Part shown: positions 1 through 11,019 of the stretch, piece by piece
How the letters are laid out: each line of letters starts with the position of its first letter
How positions within the stretch are numbered: the first letter of the stretch is position 1
NCBI GenBank assembly: GCA_052426225.1
Contig: JBNJNM010000015.1
Location: 1,860,001 to 1,924,000 of the forward strand
Reading direction: 5' to 3'
DNA length: 64,000 nt
Source of the DNA: Zancudomyces culisetae HAW-14-8
Lineage: Eukaryota; Fungi; Kickxellomycota
Notes under the pieces: model-generated
Told to the model about the DNA's origin: nothing
Database searches by the model: none
Seen by the model: only the letters and a program-made list of their open reading frames with translations
Translations under genes and position numbers: made by a program

Positions 1-3000
1 TCATTTATAGCTATATTATATTTTATCTTGTTTTTCAACTCCTCATATCCTTTAACAGAAATGTATAACACTTCTTCAATCTGCTCTGGTATATCCTCCC
101 AGGGAAATCTGCTTAAGTAGTCTGCCGGGTTTGTTTTCCCTTCCCGGTGTATAACATCAAAGTCGTAATGCCTAAGTTTTAACACCCATCTACCGATTCG
201 GCCTTTTACTGGTTCCTTTTTGAACAGCTCTACCAGCGCGCTATGGTCAGTAATAACGGTAAATTTTCTTCCATATAAATAGTAGTGGAAGTGTGTTAGC
301 GCCCAGACGACTGCTAACCCTTCTAGGTGTGTAATACTGTAATTTGATTCTGCTGGCGAAAGTGTCCTGCTAGCATAACATATTACACCTTCCTTGCCTT
401 CTGCTCCTTGTGCCAATATGGCACCTAGGCCCGCGGTTGATGCATCCGTTATTACTGTGAAGTCCTTGTTCCAGTCCGGGTGGTTGAGTATTGGTCGATT
501 TATTAGCTGATTCTGGAGGTATTCATATGCCTGTTGTTGTTCGGCGCCCCATTTATAGTTTACGTTTTTCTTTGTTAACGTTGTTAGCGGCTTCGCAATA
601 GCTGAAAAATTTTTTATGAATTTTCTGTAGTACCCGACTAGTCCTAAGTAACTTCGAATCCCATCTACATCCTTAGGTGGTACTAAGGTTTTCACTTTTT
701 GAATGTTCTCAGTGTCCGGTTTTATTCCTTGTGCACTAATCGTGTGTCCTAAATATTTTACTTCCGTGTACCCTATCCTACACTTTTCTGCATGTAATTT
801 AATGTTATTAGCTTTTAGCAATTCTATTATTCTACATACATCTTGTATATGTTCATTAAACGATTTAGAATAAATTATAATATCGTCAATGTACACCATG
901 ACGCATCTGTGTAATTCGCTTTTCAGTACGTCCTCCATCACTCTTTGAAATATGGATGGAGCATTCGTCAGACCGAATGGGAGTACAGTAAATTGGAATA
1001 ACCCTAGGCCTGGGCCAGGTGTGAAGGCAGTCATTTCTTGGGTAACACGATCGAGTGGTATTTGCCAATACCCACTAAGCGCATCAAGTGTAGAAAAGTA
1101 CTTTGCACCTTGTAGATTACTGAGTATTTCGTCAATATTCGGAATTGGGTAAGCATCTTTTCTTGAAATATCATTCAACTTTCGGTAGTCAACACATATT
1201 CTCTTTTTCCCGTCCTTTTTATTAACTACTACCATAGGGAAACAGTATGGACTGTTCGATTTTATGATAACACCCTGTGTCTCCATTTCTGCTATTTGGT
1301 TCATGACTTCCTCCTGTAATCTTTTCGCTAGTCGGTATGGTTTGCAATGAATCGGTTTTGGGTCGAGTAATTCAATTATTACCGGTTCAACCTTGGCTCT
1401 ACGAAATTCTTCTAGATCATGAGCAAACTCATCCTCATTATCCCTTATCACCGCCTTAAGTTGCTGCTTTTGATGCTCTTCTAACTGTTGGTTAATGATC
1501 ATGCCTTGGTTATCTATCAGGTTTACTGCCAAAATGGTTTTTGTCGGTTCTGTATTGCCATCCTGTCTTAAGATTAAAGGTACTTCATGTACTCTCCCTT
1601 TTATGTTGCAGTACATTATATTTTTCTCCATATTTATATGTGCTTTTAAACATGCAAATAGGTCTACTCCCAATAGTAGAAGATCCGGTTTTCCCTGCTT
1701 GATTGAGTATATTGGTATGCAAACACTAAATGTATCGAATGTTATTTGTACTGATGGATAGTACCGTGGTTTGGAATGGTTTCCTTCCACTCCAACAATA
1801 GTCACAGTTGTTTCTTGCCCTTTGCCTAAATTCAGTCTTCTAGCCATTTCGCTGCTCATCAGATTGGTGGCTGCTCCACTGTCATATTGAAATCTTGTAC
1901 TTATGTTATTTACTTTGACACTACCCATTATGGCGGTTATCTTATTACTCATCTCTCTTTGCGAAACTACTGGATGCTTAATGCCTTGTTCCTTTATCTC
2001 CACTAAGTTTACTTCGTGACGAGGATTATCTGGGGTTATTTTAATTGGGCTGGCGGTTTTCATTTCGACATCCTCAATTGATGTCGTACAGTCACTTGCG
2101 TAATGGCCATATTGTCGGCACTTGTAGCATCGGATGTTGTTTCTCTCCATTTTATTATACCTATTATTCTTTGTTGGAGTCTCGTATTTGCTTCTGTTCT
2201 CTGTACGCGGCTTCTCACTTGGTTTATATGGACTATTGTTATTTGAATTATTAAACTTAATTGTATTTTTAATGTTTTTGTTGTTATATGTTTTTTGATT
2301 TTTAATATTATTATATATTTTTTGTTTATTGCCATGCTGTATACGAATGCCTTGAGATTTTTTAGTTTCGATAATATCTTCTTCTCTTTGTATCATATAT
2401 GTTAGCATTGATTTCATAGTAATTCCATCCTTATTATTTCGCATATGTTGTTTATCTGCTGGATTCAGTTTTTTAAAAACTTTCTCCGCCATCTTCTCAG
2501 TATCCTCGATTTTCATGTTTTTGAACAACCTTTTTAGATCCGCAAAGGTTGTTATAGGATTGTTATTATAAAGATTATATTTTTCGAACTGTTTCCGAGC
2601 TTCCGAAGTGTCCCTATATTTATTACAAGTTGATATAAATAGATCGCAGTATTCTTCCCAGTCATCCTGTATTACCATTAGGTCGACTAAAGTTTTCTTT
2701 ATACTTCCTTCTAAAAAGTTTTCCAAATATATGAACGTTTCCTCCAAAGTCATAACGTGTTCCAACGCGTTTACATGCTTGCAGAAATAATTTAAAAACT
2801 CTTCAGGATCCTGGTCCCATGAATTGCTAAATACTGATGGTGGTACTGGTAACCATCCTGGTGCCAACTCTTTCTGTCCCATTTTCATTCGTTCTTGAGT
2901 TGCTTTAACATTGGATTCTAGTACCTCTTTAGCAGTCTTACTTCCTATTACTTGTGTTCTGATTTTTGTCTTACTAGTACCTGCTTCTTTGTTTTCATTT

Positions 3001-3599
3001 TGTTTTCCGGAACTGGTATCGAAGTTGAAAATTTCGATACTTTTTGGAGCAAATTCTTTAAGTTTATTTACTCCATTTGTAAATAATCTCTTAGCTACTT
3101 GTGCTGTAGAAGGTTTTGGTGTGGAGTCTGTACTGTTACTACTTCGAGGAGAAAAGTATAACTTTGGTGAATCTGAAATCGCTGGGCTACTCCTTGCCTG
3201 GTCTTCATCCCTGTGATCATTGTTGAAAAATGATCCTGTCGCTGACGCCATGTCGTAATAATCATAATTCGGGAGATCATGATTATTATGTTCATCACGT
3301 GTCATACCAGTTCGGGTATGACCACTTGATGAGGATGCACCACTACCCCGTAGTGTGATGTGCATATAGGGGTGCTCGGGTGAGCTATTTCCCCTGTACA
3401 ATGTCGGTGAGATGCTGCTCACGGACATTGGTTCTGGGCTCCTACGGATTTGGAGTTGACGGACACTTTCTGTCAACTCCCCAAGAGTCCGAGGGCTTAG
3501 AACCCCGGTCTCTTGGTCCATGCTACTAGCCGTACTCAGACTGGAGCTAGTTTCTGAATCCCTCTTGGATTCGCTTTTACTATAAAAGAAATAGTTCAT
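1..3599 (-). CDS. Ty3/Gypsy single-ORF gag-pol polyprotein (runs off the window start)
   Basis: Read by hand from ATG 3599 through the protease: Ser-rich N-terminus, gag, CCHC knuckle CYKCRQYGHYASDC, protease YDSGA. RT YIDD (882-893) is in the same frame and RNase H motifs follow (VITDAST, YSITHLEGLAVVWAL). The ORF track omits it, consistent with no in-window stop. Confidence 0.88.
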   Translation of the reverse strand, partial: MNYFFYSKSESKRDSETSSSLSTASSMDQETGVLSPRTLGELTESVRQLQIRRSPEPMSVSSISPTLYRGNSSPEHPYMHITLRGSGASSSSGHTRTGMTRDEHNNHDLPNYDYYDMASATGSFFNNDHRDEDQARSSPAISDSPKLYFSPRSSNSTDSTPKPSTAQVAKRLFTNGVNKLKEFAPKSIEIFNFDTSSGKQNENKEAGTSKTKIRTQVIGSKTAKEVLESNVKATQERMKMGQKELAPGWLPVPPSVFSNSWDQDPEEFLNYFCKHVNALEHVMTLEETFIYLENFLEGSIKKTLVDLMVIQDDWEEYCDLFISTCNKYRDTSEARKQFEKYNLYNNNPITTFADLKRLFKNMKIEDTEKMAEKVFKKLNPADKQHMRNNKDGITMKSMLTYMIQREEDIIETKKSQGIRIQHGNKQKIYNNIKNQKTYNNKNIKNTIKFNNSNNNSPYKPSEKPRTENRSKYETPTKNNRYNKMERNNIRCYKCRQYGHYASDCTTSIEDVEMKTASPIKITPDNPRHEVNLVEIKEQGIKHPVVSQREMSNKITAIMGSVKVNNISTRFQYDSGAATNLMSSEMARRLNLGKGQETTVTIVGVEGNHSKPRYYPSVQITFDTFSVCIPIYSIKQGKPDLLLLGVDLFACLKAHINMEKNIMYCNIKGRVHEVPLILRQDGNTEPTKTILAVNLIDNQGMIINQQLEEHQKQQLKAVIRDNEDEFAHDLEEFRRAKVEPVIIELLDPKPIHCKPYRLAKRLQEEVMNQIAEMETQGVIIKSNSPYCFPMVVVNKKDGKKRICVDYRKLNDISRKDAYPIPNIDEILSNLQGAKYFSTLDALSGYWQIPLDRVTQEMTAFTPGPGLGLFQFTVLPFGLTNAPSIFQRVMEDVLKSELHRCVMVYIDDIIIYSKSFNEHIQDVCRIIELLKANNIKLHAEKCRIGYTEVKYLGHTISAQGIKPDTENIQKVKTLVPPKDVDGIRSYLGLVGYYRKFIKNFSAIAKPLTTLTKKNVNYKWGAEQQQAYEYLQNQLINRPILNHPDWNKDFTVITDASTAGLGAILAQGAEGKEGVICYASRTLSPAESNYSITHLEGLAVVWALTHFHYYLYGRKFTVITDHSALVELFKKEPVKGRIGRWVLKLRHYDFDVIHREGKTNPADYLSRFPWEDIPEQIEEVLYISVKGYEELKNKIKYNIAIN

Positions 3600-5341
3600 T
3601 TTTGGTTATTGGTTATTATCAATAATATTCTGAAGTTTGTTTTATTGTGTTTAAATAAATATACTATTTAATCCGTAGAGTAGAACATGGATGAGGTTTT
3701 TCCATTTCCCTCTTCTTGTTCCTTAAATATAAATTTCTATTAAACTGCTACTATCTTCAAAACGTTTAAATTACTATTACTTATGTACTATAAGAACTAT
3801 ATGACTTTATACTGACTTCCTCTACATATTTTACTTATGTAGTGAATGTTGAATTAGGTGTTGGGAACACCTAATAATTATTATCTAATTTAGGATTTAG
3901 TATGAAGACATTTTTCATACTAAATTCTATCATTATTGAGTCGACTCAGCATGTAGAATTAATTTCATACTGTGTCGCTCATTTTCCAAATTGAATTTCA
4001 TGCAGATACAAAAATTTAATTTTCATTCTGCGATGAGTGTACTTCAATTTGTACTACAATTGTACTTAAGTGTACAATTGCTCACTCATGCGACAGTTAC
4101 AATTTTAGTTTGCAGAAAATTTCTCAGGAAATTTCCGCAACTAAACCTACAAAAAGTTCTGCTAATACAGGGGGATTGTTACTGGAATAAGTTTTACTTT
4201 ATTTAACCAGTCAACCCTACCTTTTTAGCTTATATTTAATTTAGTTTTATGTATTTATTACTTCAATAAATGCGATAAAACTGGGTAAAATTACGCCCAA
4301 CTCCTAAAATTTGGTGTGCAAAACGATTAATTTTGGTCCAAAAATTAGACTCTGATAACTTTCTGATACCCTTTGAAAATTGTGTTACGCTTCACTACCT
4401 ATGTTTTTTTTTGGTTTTAGGTAGGTTTTAGCTCAAATCACAAATTTCAATTTTATAGAGTAAAATATGGTATTTTAGAGCTAATTTGTATTGTATTTAA
4501 TGAATAACTATAAAAAACGAAATGATAAAACCACCAAACTTGTGGTGGGGTTACTTGTAATATACTAGTACCTGACTAGCTATTTTATTAGAACTTTATA
4601 TAATAGAAACTTAAAATAAAACAATTATAACTGAATGTTTCTCCAACATTTGGGTAATTTATTACCCAAGAAATCCCAGATTTCTTGCTCGAACACCCGA
4701 GGTAACAGTGGTTATTCGGTGTTTGAGAAGCTGTATGCTGTTCATCCAATAGTTTAGCTTGGATAGAACTAAGCATACAACAGTTATGTTATCAAAAGCT
4801 CAGATTCACAGCTTTTGTTTTTTCAATTAGTTGGAAACTATTATAGTAATTATACTATGTACTATTTTATTATAAGTTTTCACTATAATACTATAAGTTC
4901 CTGTGTAGAACCAACTTTATTGCATTGATATTTTTTCTTTCTAGGTCTTTTAAACAACCTATTTATACAAAATTCAAATACTAATAGAAATTAATTTATA
5001 CTAATAATCTATTTTTTTTTCATTCTTATCATGTCATAGAAATACCATAAAGATAAAATAACTATACATGATTCCTACAAATAAATAAACATATGTAAAC
5101 ATTCATGATTTGCATTAACAAATACTACTTAAAATATACTAATATAATATGCACAGACTACTTCTGTGTTTACTAATAATATATAAATATGTATAAACTC
5201 AAATAAATATTAAATAAGTAAGTCAAACAATTAAGTATAATATGATAAATAATAAAATTAACAAGAAAATATCATAAAATCATATAAATATTTATATAAT
5301 TGATAAACATATAGGTATGTATACTCATTATATAACAGTTT

Positions 5342-5671
5342 TGTTAACTAAAATGTTTATATTTACTACTTAACTATACTATAGAAGTAACTTACTGTAT
5401 GTTTGGTATTTATACTTATTAAAACTTATATCTATTTTAATATTCTGTTAAGCTTGTTTTATTTAAATTCAAGTGGGCGTTTGCTTTAACCCCAAAAACT
5501 TTTCGATAATTATTATTCAAAACACTAAGTAATAAATCCATGGACAAAACCACGGGAGGAAAAAAGTCCAATCTAAAAATAAAGATAACTATACTATAAA
5601 TTAACTACTATAAAATATTGAGATTTGAAATCTCAATGCATTAAGAGTTCTAATCGTATTAATATACGACA
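5342..5671 (-). repeat. Solo LTR related to the LTR at 18078-18394
   Basis: TGTTAA...TACGACA termini. Shares GACAAAA(A)CCACG..GG.AAAAAG(G)TCCAATCTAAAAAT with ~18287-18325. Confidence 0.6.
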
Positions 5672-5675
5672 ATAA

Positions 5676-6300
5676 TGTCGTGTAGTGTAAATGCTTAACC
5701 TCCTACTTGGTAACTTTCGCTACCAAGTATTACACGGGACGGGCCATTTTACTTACCTTTTACTATATGCTGCGTATTATTATATAGTAATTTTGATTTA
5801 GCAAATGAGGACATTTGATTTAGTTAGACAAAAATTTCAATTTTATACAATAAAATCTACAAAAAATCTAACTAAAAATTACAATCACGTTTAACCAATG
5901 AAAATGTTTCACCTATTTTAGGCATACAACATGAATTTGATCACTTCTTTCTCTTTTCAAAGTTTAAGAAATAATTAAATTGATAATTAATATTAAATAG
6001 TTTAGTTAAATATCTACTTGTTATATCCGATCTAAAAACTCACTATTAATATTTTTTCTTTATAAAACAGTTTATTTTGTAATAATAGTAATATTAATAA
6101 TAATAATAATATATGTATTCCCTCAAAAAAGGTATATTTATTAAACGCAAGCTAATTCCTATATAAACTATTGTTTATGCTATTATGTTATCTCAATTTT
6201 TCTTGATATCTATTTAGTCTTGGCACATTAAAAAAACCTAATGCACAGAGAAAAATGATGTTAGAAATTGTTTTAAAATAAATTAAATAAATTCATGTTT
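5676..6300 (-). repeat. LTR remnant related to 21035-21771
   Basis: Starts TGTCGT. Segment ~5948-6260 aligns with ~21371-21680. Right boundary approximate. Confidence 0.6.
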
Positions 6301-6399
6301 ATTATAATTCTCCATGACCAAATCAAGAAGGTTACAAAATGAAATTGTAACCATATACAAATTTCTATAATGTAACAAAGTACAAATTATTAAATAAAT

Positions 6400-6811
6400 T
6401 GTCAAGATCTGGAGTTTGGAAAGTTATATTTATTATTATTAAAGTTTATTGTATGAATGTATACAAGATACTAGATACTGAATCCAAGACAGGAAAATTG
6501 TACCCTTTTTATACTTTTTTCCAGCCTTGGTTTTTGAACATAATCACTATGAAAACTGCGGAATAGCTAAAAACGCAAGCTAAAGAAAAACGTGTATGAT
6601 TACTAATCAAATTGGATTAGTAATCATACAAAAATCAAACTCGAATGCTATAAAAATTAAACATGTGAAAATTATTACGTAATAAAAATTAAGAAATAAT
6701 GTGAATTTTCGGTAATGTTCTAGAATGTTGGGGAACATTCTAAACATTACTGCGGAATAAAATCAGATGATTCTAGAACGTTTTCGAACATTCTAGAATC
6801 AGTTCATGACA
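6400..6811 (-). repeat. 3' LTR, family B
   Basis: Direct repeat of 9362-9773 with TGTCA..TGACA termini. Confidence 0.95.
6594..6799. promoter_or_regulatory. Heat-shock-element arrays and AP-1/Yap-like sites in the family B U3 (repeated in the 5' LTR at +2962)
   Basis: TTC-TA-GAA-CG-TTT-TC-GAA-CA-TTC-TA-GAA (6771-6798) and TTC-TA-GAA-TG-TTG-GG-GAA-CA-TTC (6718-6740). Inverted TTACTAA pair (6594-6629) and TTACGTAA (6675-6682). All lie upstream of a minus-strand TATAAAA (6506-6513). Confidence 0.6.
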
Positions 6812-6823
6812 CGACCTCCCCTC

Positions 6824-7780
6824 TTAAGGCTGAGCTCCGTGAAGCATTTGTTGTGGCTTTGGTTTTTCAGGATGGTGACGATGGAATTCAGTGACAAGAT
6901 ATTTTGCATTTGCTAAGTCAGAATATGTTTGCCAGGTACGTTCAGTGTCTGGGTATCCTTTCCAGTGTACCAGGTATTTGACAGTTCTACCAAATATTTT
7001 ACTATCTAGGATTTTCTCAACTTCATATTCTTCTTGGCCATCAATAATCACAGGTAGAAGTGGTTTTGATGGTCTATCTGGAATCAGATCTGGTTTATAA
7101 GGTTCAAGGAGATTGACGTGGAATACTGGGTGAATCTTCATTGTGTGTGGTAGCTGGAGTTTGTATGATCTTTGTCCAATCTTTTCCAATACTTTGAATG
7201 GGCCAAGTTTCCGATAGTCAAGCTTCTTGCTTGGTCTTTGAGTCCTGATGTTTTTAGTTGAGAGATAGACAAGATCACCAATGTTGAAGTCAGGTTGTGA
7301 TGATACTTTTCGGTTGTAGTATTTCTCATGGTCTTCAAGGGCAAGGGAGATGTTAAACTTCAGTTCTTGGTGGATATCAGATAGTCGTTTGGATCTATCA
7401 GAGGAGGCAGGATTTAAAACTTGAGTACGAGGGATTATGACTGAGAAGCGTGGATGGAAGCCATAGTTGGCGTAGAAAGGTGTGGTCTTAGTAGAAGCAT
7501 GAGATGTGTTGTTGTAGGCGAATTCAGCAATTGGTAACCACTTTGACCAATCAGTTTGTTGGTAATCAATGTAGCACCTGAGATACTGTTCCAATACTGA
7601 GTTTACGCGTTCAGTTTGTCCATCTGTCTGAGGATGGAATGCGGTGGACATTTTTTGTTCAATATTCAGTGATTTCATTAGAGTACGCATGAATGATGAA
7701 TTAAAGGTTACACCTCTATCAGATACGATGTCGTTAGGGAGTCCATGTTTGCAGATAGATACTTTCGAGATGGTTATCAT
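6824..7780 (-). pseudogene. N-truncated integrase core plus GPY/F motif and chromodomain
   Basis: HGLPNDIVSDRG, TAFHPQTDGQTER, LGPFKV, YEVEKILDS..YLVHWKGY. The HHCC domain and first catalytic Asp are missing. Confidence 0.9.
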
Positions 7781-8096
7781 TGATTTTTAGTGTTACTTGG
7801 CAGGCAGAGTTGGATCTAAGCTTTGATCCGTCAGCGAGAGTGATTGTCATTTTTCTAGATAAAGATGGTAGATTGTTTTTTAGAGCAAAGGTGGCGTCAA
7901 TGAACGAGGACGAAGCACCAGAATCAACCATAGCGTAGGTTTTGATGTGGTGGTGCTTGAACAAGATGGTTACAGGAATGGTCAAGGTGTTTGGTTTATC
8001 AGGAGATTGGGTGTCAGAAACAGGAGTGGTTACAGTGGCGTGGGGACTGGCTAAGTTGCCCAATAGGTGTCCCTTACTGTCTACTGGGCGGTGTCG
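7734..8096 (-). pseudogene. Truncated aspartic protease in the -1 frame relative to gag
   Basis: YAMVDSGASSSFID motif. Ends at the deletion junction near 7750. Confidence 0.85.
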
Positions 8097-9301
8097 TTTT
8101 CCTGTGTTGGTGTAATGCTGGAGATGTTGTGGCGTTTCTTTGGACAGTTGATGTTGAAATGGTCATTACCGCCACAATAGAGACAGAGATTGTTTTCGAT
8201 ACGGTATGCTCTTTGAGCAGGAGTAAGTGGTGGTCTTCTAGTCGATGAAGCGGTACTGAGATCCATTGGTTGCGGTCCATCACTATTAGCTGGTGGAGTG
8301 GTAGATGGTGCCGAAACAGGTGAAGCAAACGGGTTGTAAGCAGTGGGTTTGGGTGGCATAGTTGCAGTGGGGTTAACTGGAGGTTGACGACGTTGTGGAT
8401 GGCTGAAGAGGCGGTTGTCGATCTGGATGGCTGTAGAGATCAGGGTATCGATGTCTTCTATTGGTTCTCTACGGTTGAGTTCCTGGGATACGTTGTACTT
8501 GAGACCGGATAGAAACTGTGAGATCAAAGGTGGTTGGTTCCAGTCAATTAACATCTGTAGGCGTCTAAACTCGGTGGCATATGCGGCAACGGAAGTGGTT
8601 TGGCGGAGTTGGCGGATTGCCCTATCAGCATTCTCAATAGGGTTGGGATCACCAAAGGCACGAGTGATAGTTTCTTTAAACAGATTGTAGTTGGAGAGGA
8701 TGACAGGACGGTCAGACTCTGGAAGGTTTGCTTTCATGAGGTAAGGTTCCATGTAACTGAATGTTGTGCCTGAGAGGTAGGAGATGGCATACAAGACTTT
8801 ACTTGAGTCTGTGTTGAATTTATCGGGTGAAGCGGCAAAGACGAGAGCAAGCTGTGAAAAGAAGTTGGAACAGGCGGAGGGTTTTCCTGAAAATGTGTCT
8901 GGGTGTCTTACTTTGATACTAGGTTCAGAAGTACTAGCAACTTTGGTGGCACGGTTTTCAGTTATATAAAGTATGACTTCGTTCCTGAGGGTACTGAGCT
9001 GGTCCTGAAGGGATTGGATTTCCAACTGGTTGGCCTTTATGGCGCTTTGGGTTAGCTGGTCTGAATTCTGGATATCGGACTGGAGGTTGTTCATGGAGTC
9101 AAGAATGGTCTGGATGGACTTGGTGGTGTCTGCTTTGACCTTGTCATAAATTTTCTTGGATACTGTGGCAGGGTGTTCCTTGATGGCAGACTCGGCTTTT
9201 TCTACTCTTATTAATAGTTGCTGGAGGGCTTCTTCAACTGCTGGTAGGGTTACGGCGGCTTTGTTGAGGAATTCAACTTGTTCTGGGATAAACGGTTCCA
9301 T
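8081..9301 (-). CDS. gag: Gag (capsid, CCHC knuckle, N-terminal coiled coil), family B
   Basis: 406-aa ORF with PDTFSG, LRQTTSVAAYATEFRRL, PMDL and CLYCGGNDHFNINC. Confidence 0.92.
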   Translation of the reverse strand: MEPFIPEQVEFLNKAAVTLPAVEEALQQLLIRVEKAESAIKEHPATVSKKIYDKVKADTTKSIQTILDSMNNLQSDIQNSDQLTQSAIKANQLEIQSLQDQLSTLRNEVILYITENRATKVASTSEPSIKVRHPDTFSGKPSACSNFFSQLALVFAASPDKFNTDSSKVLYAISYLSGTTFSYMEPYLMKANLPESDRPVILSNYNLFKETITRAFGDPNPIENADRAIRQLRQTTSVAAYATEFRRLQMLIDWNQPPLISQFLSGLKYNVSQELNRREPIEDIDTLISTAIQIDNRLFSHPQRRQPPVNPTATMPPKPTAYNPFASPVSAPSTTPPANSDGPQPMDLSTASSTRRPPLTPAQRAYRIENNLCLYCGGNDHFNINCPKKRHNISSITPTQENDTAQ

Positions 9302-9361
9302 GGTTAAAATACTTAGGCTGGTTTCAGAAAATAATAAATATAATATTTTGATCTAGTATAG

Positions 9362-9773
9362 TGTCAAGATCTGGAGTTTGGAAAGTTATATTTATTATTA
9401 TTAAAGTTTATTGTATGAATGTATACAAGATACTAGATACTGAATCCAAGACAGGAAAATTGTACCCTTTTTATACTTTTTTCCAGCCTTGGTTTTTGAA
9501 CATAATCACTATGAAAACTGCGGAATAGCTAAAAACGCAAGCTAAAGAAAAACGTGTATGATTACTAATCAAATTGGATTAGTAATCATACAAAAATCAA
9601 ACTCGAATGCTATAAAAATTAAACATGTGAAAATTATTACGTAATAAAAATTAAGAAATAATGTGAATTTTCGGTAATGTTCTAGAATGTTGGGGAACAT
9701 TCTAAACATTACTGCGGTGTAAAATCAGATGATTCTAGAACGTTTTCGAACATTCTAGAATCAGTTCATGACA
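9362..9773 (-). repeat. 5' LTR, family B
   Basis: Direct repeat of 6400-6811. Confidence 0.95.
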
Positions 9774-10179
9774 TTAATCTAACCAAGTCAAGTAAAAATG
9801 AATTTCGCGATGAAATTCCGTTAAAAAATAATACAGACCATTTTAGGAAATAAGAAACCTAGAAAGAATTCCGAAACTAATAATTCAAAGAATCGTCAGA
9901 ATAACATGAATGACGCAATCATTGACACACTAAACTCACGGTAGTTAATCACATCAGTTACTATTAAGTTTAATAGTCAAATTTTATAGTATGATAGCAA
10001 CTTTACTTAAGAAAATTTTATATGGAAAAATCACTGGAGTAAAAGTATAAAAAACCTTTCGAAATCCATTGAAAGAGAACTTCAGAGAAAAATAACTTAT
10101 TCACTATTGAATACCATATTTTTCTAAATAACATAATATTTATAAATAATTTAATAATAAAATTAATCAAGTATTAACA

Positions 10180-10713
10180 AATAAACACTACCGCACTTTT
10201 CCATAATTCAGGCTCCAAAACTTTCTCTATTAATCGTTGAAAGGAAGCAGGACTATTTGTAAGCCCGAAAGGCATTACATTATAGCAGTAGCTTTCACTG
10301 CCAGGTATTGAGAAATCTGTCTTCTCTTTATCTTTTTCCGACATCTTTATTTGCCAGAAGCCATTTAAAGCATCTAGAGTGCTTAACACAACAGAGACTG
10401 AAAGTGACATATAGATGTCGTCTATTGTGGGTAAGGGATAGACGTCTTTCTTGGTTATCAAGTTGAGTTTTCTGTAATCCGTACAAATCCGCAGTTTTCC
10501 ATTTTTCTTCCACACGGTAACCACGGGGGAACACCATTCCGACGCACATGGAGATATTATACCATGCTCTTCCATTAACTTAAGCTCATCTCTTACCATC
10601 TGTTGTAAGTGGTAAGGAATTCGATAAGGTCTTTGTTTGATAGCCTTGTTATCCGTGAGCTCAATAGTATGCTCTACTACATTTGTTTGCGTTAGCTCCT
10701 CCAAGTTTTCCAC
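10180..10713 (-). pseudogene. Truncated reverse transcriptase
   Basis: LRICTDYRKLN, LDALNGFWQI, YNVMPFGL. Stops just before the catalytic DD. Confidence 0.88.
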
Positions 10714-11019
10714 AAACAGCTCGCTGTAACTCTCTTTGAGTTTATCGAATCTCTTATCAACATAACTATCTTCTTCAACTGCATCTATGGTATCCTGCTT
10801 AGCTATCAGGTAAATCTCAGTATAATCCTGGTCACTATTTGACTTTAAGGAGTTATTATATATTGGAATAATTAACTCTGCGTTTGCTATTGGTAACTAT
10901 ATTGTTTATTCAATTAAGTCTATTATAACCTTGAAATTCTGTAAAAAGTCTGTTCCTAAAATTAGTGTATTATCCATACGATCCATTTTAACCATATCTG
11001 TTGGAAATTCTAATCCTCC

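Larger units (their letters stand above)
6400..9773 (-). mobile_element. Chromovirus LTR retrotransposon family B, internally deleted (no RT or RNase H)
   Basis: 412-bp TG..CA LTRs at 6400-6811 and 9362-9773 differing at about 2 nt. PPT AGAGGGGAGG next to the 3' LTR. Imperfect TSD TAAAT/TTAAT. Contains gag, partial protease and the C-terminal integrase-chromodomain. Confidence 0.93.

Noticed and set aside
4531-4560. PBS or LTR boundary for the 1-3599 element
   Set aside because: The ACCACCA/TGGTGG hairpin gives no convincing tRNA complement, and no partner LTR is present in the window.
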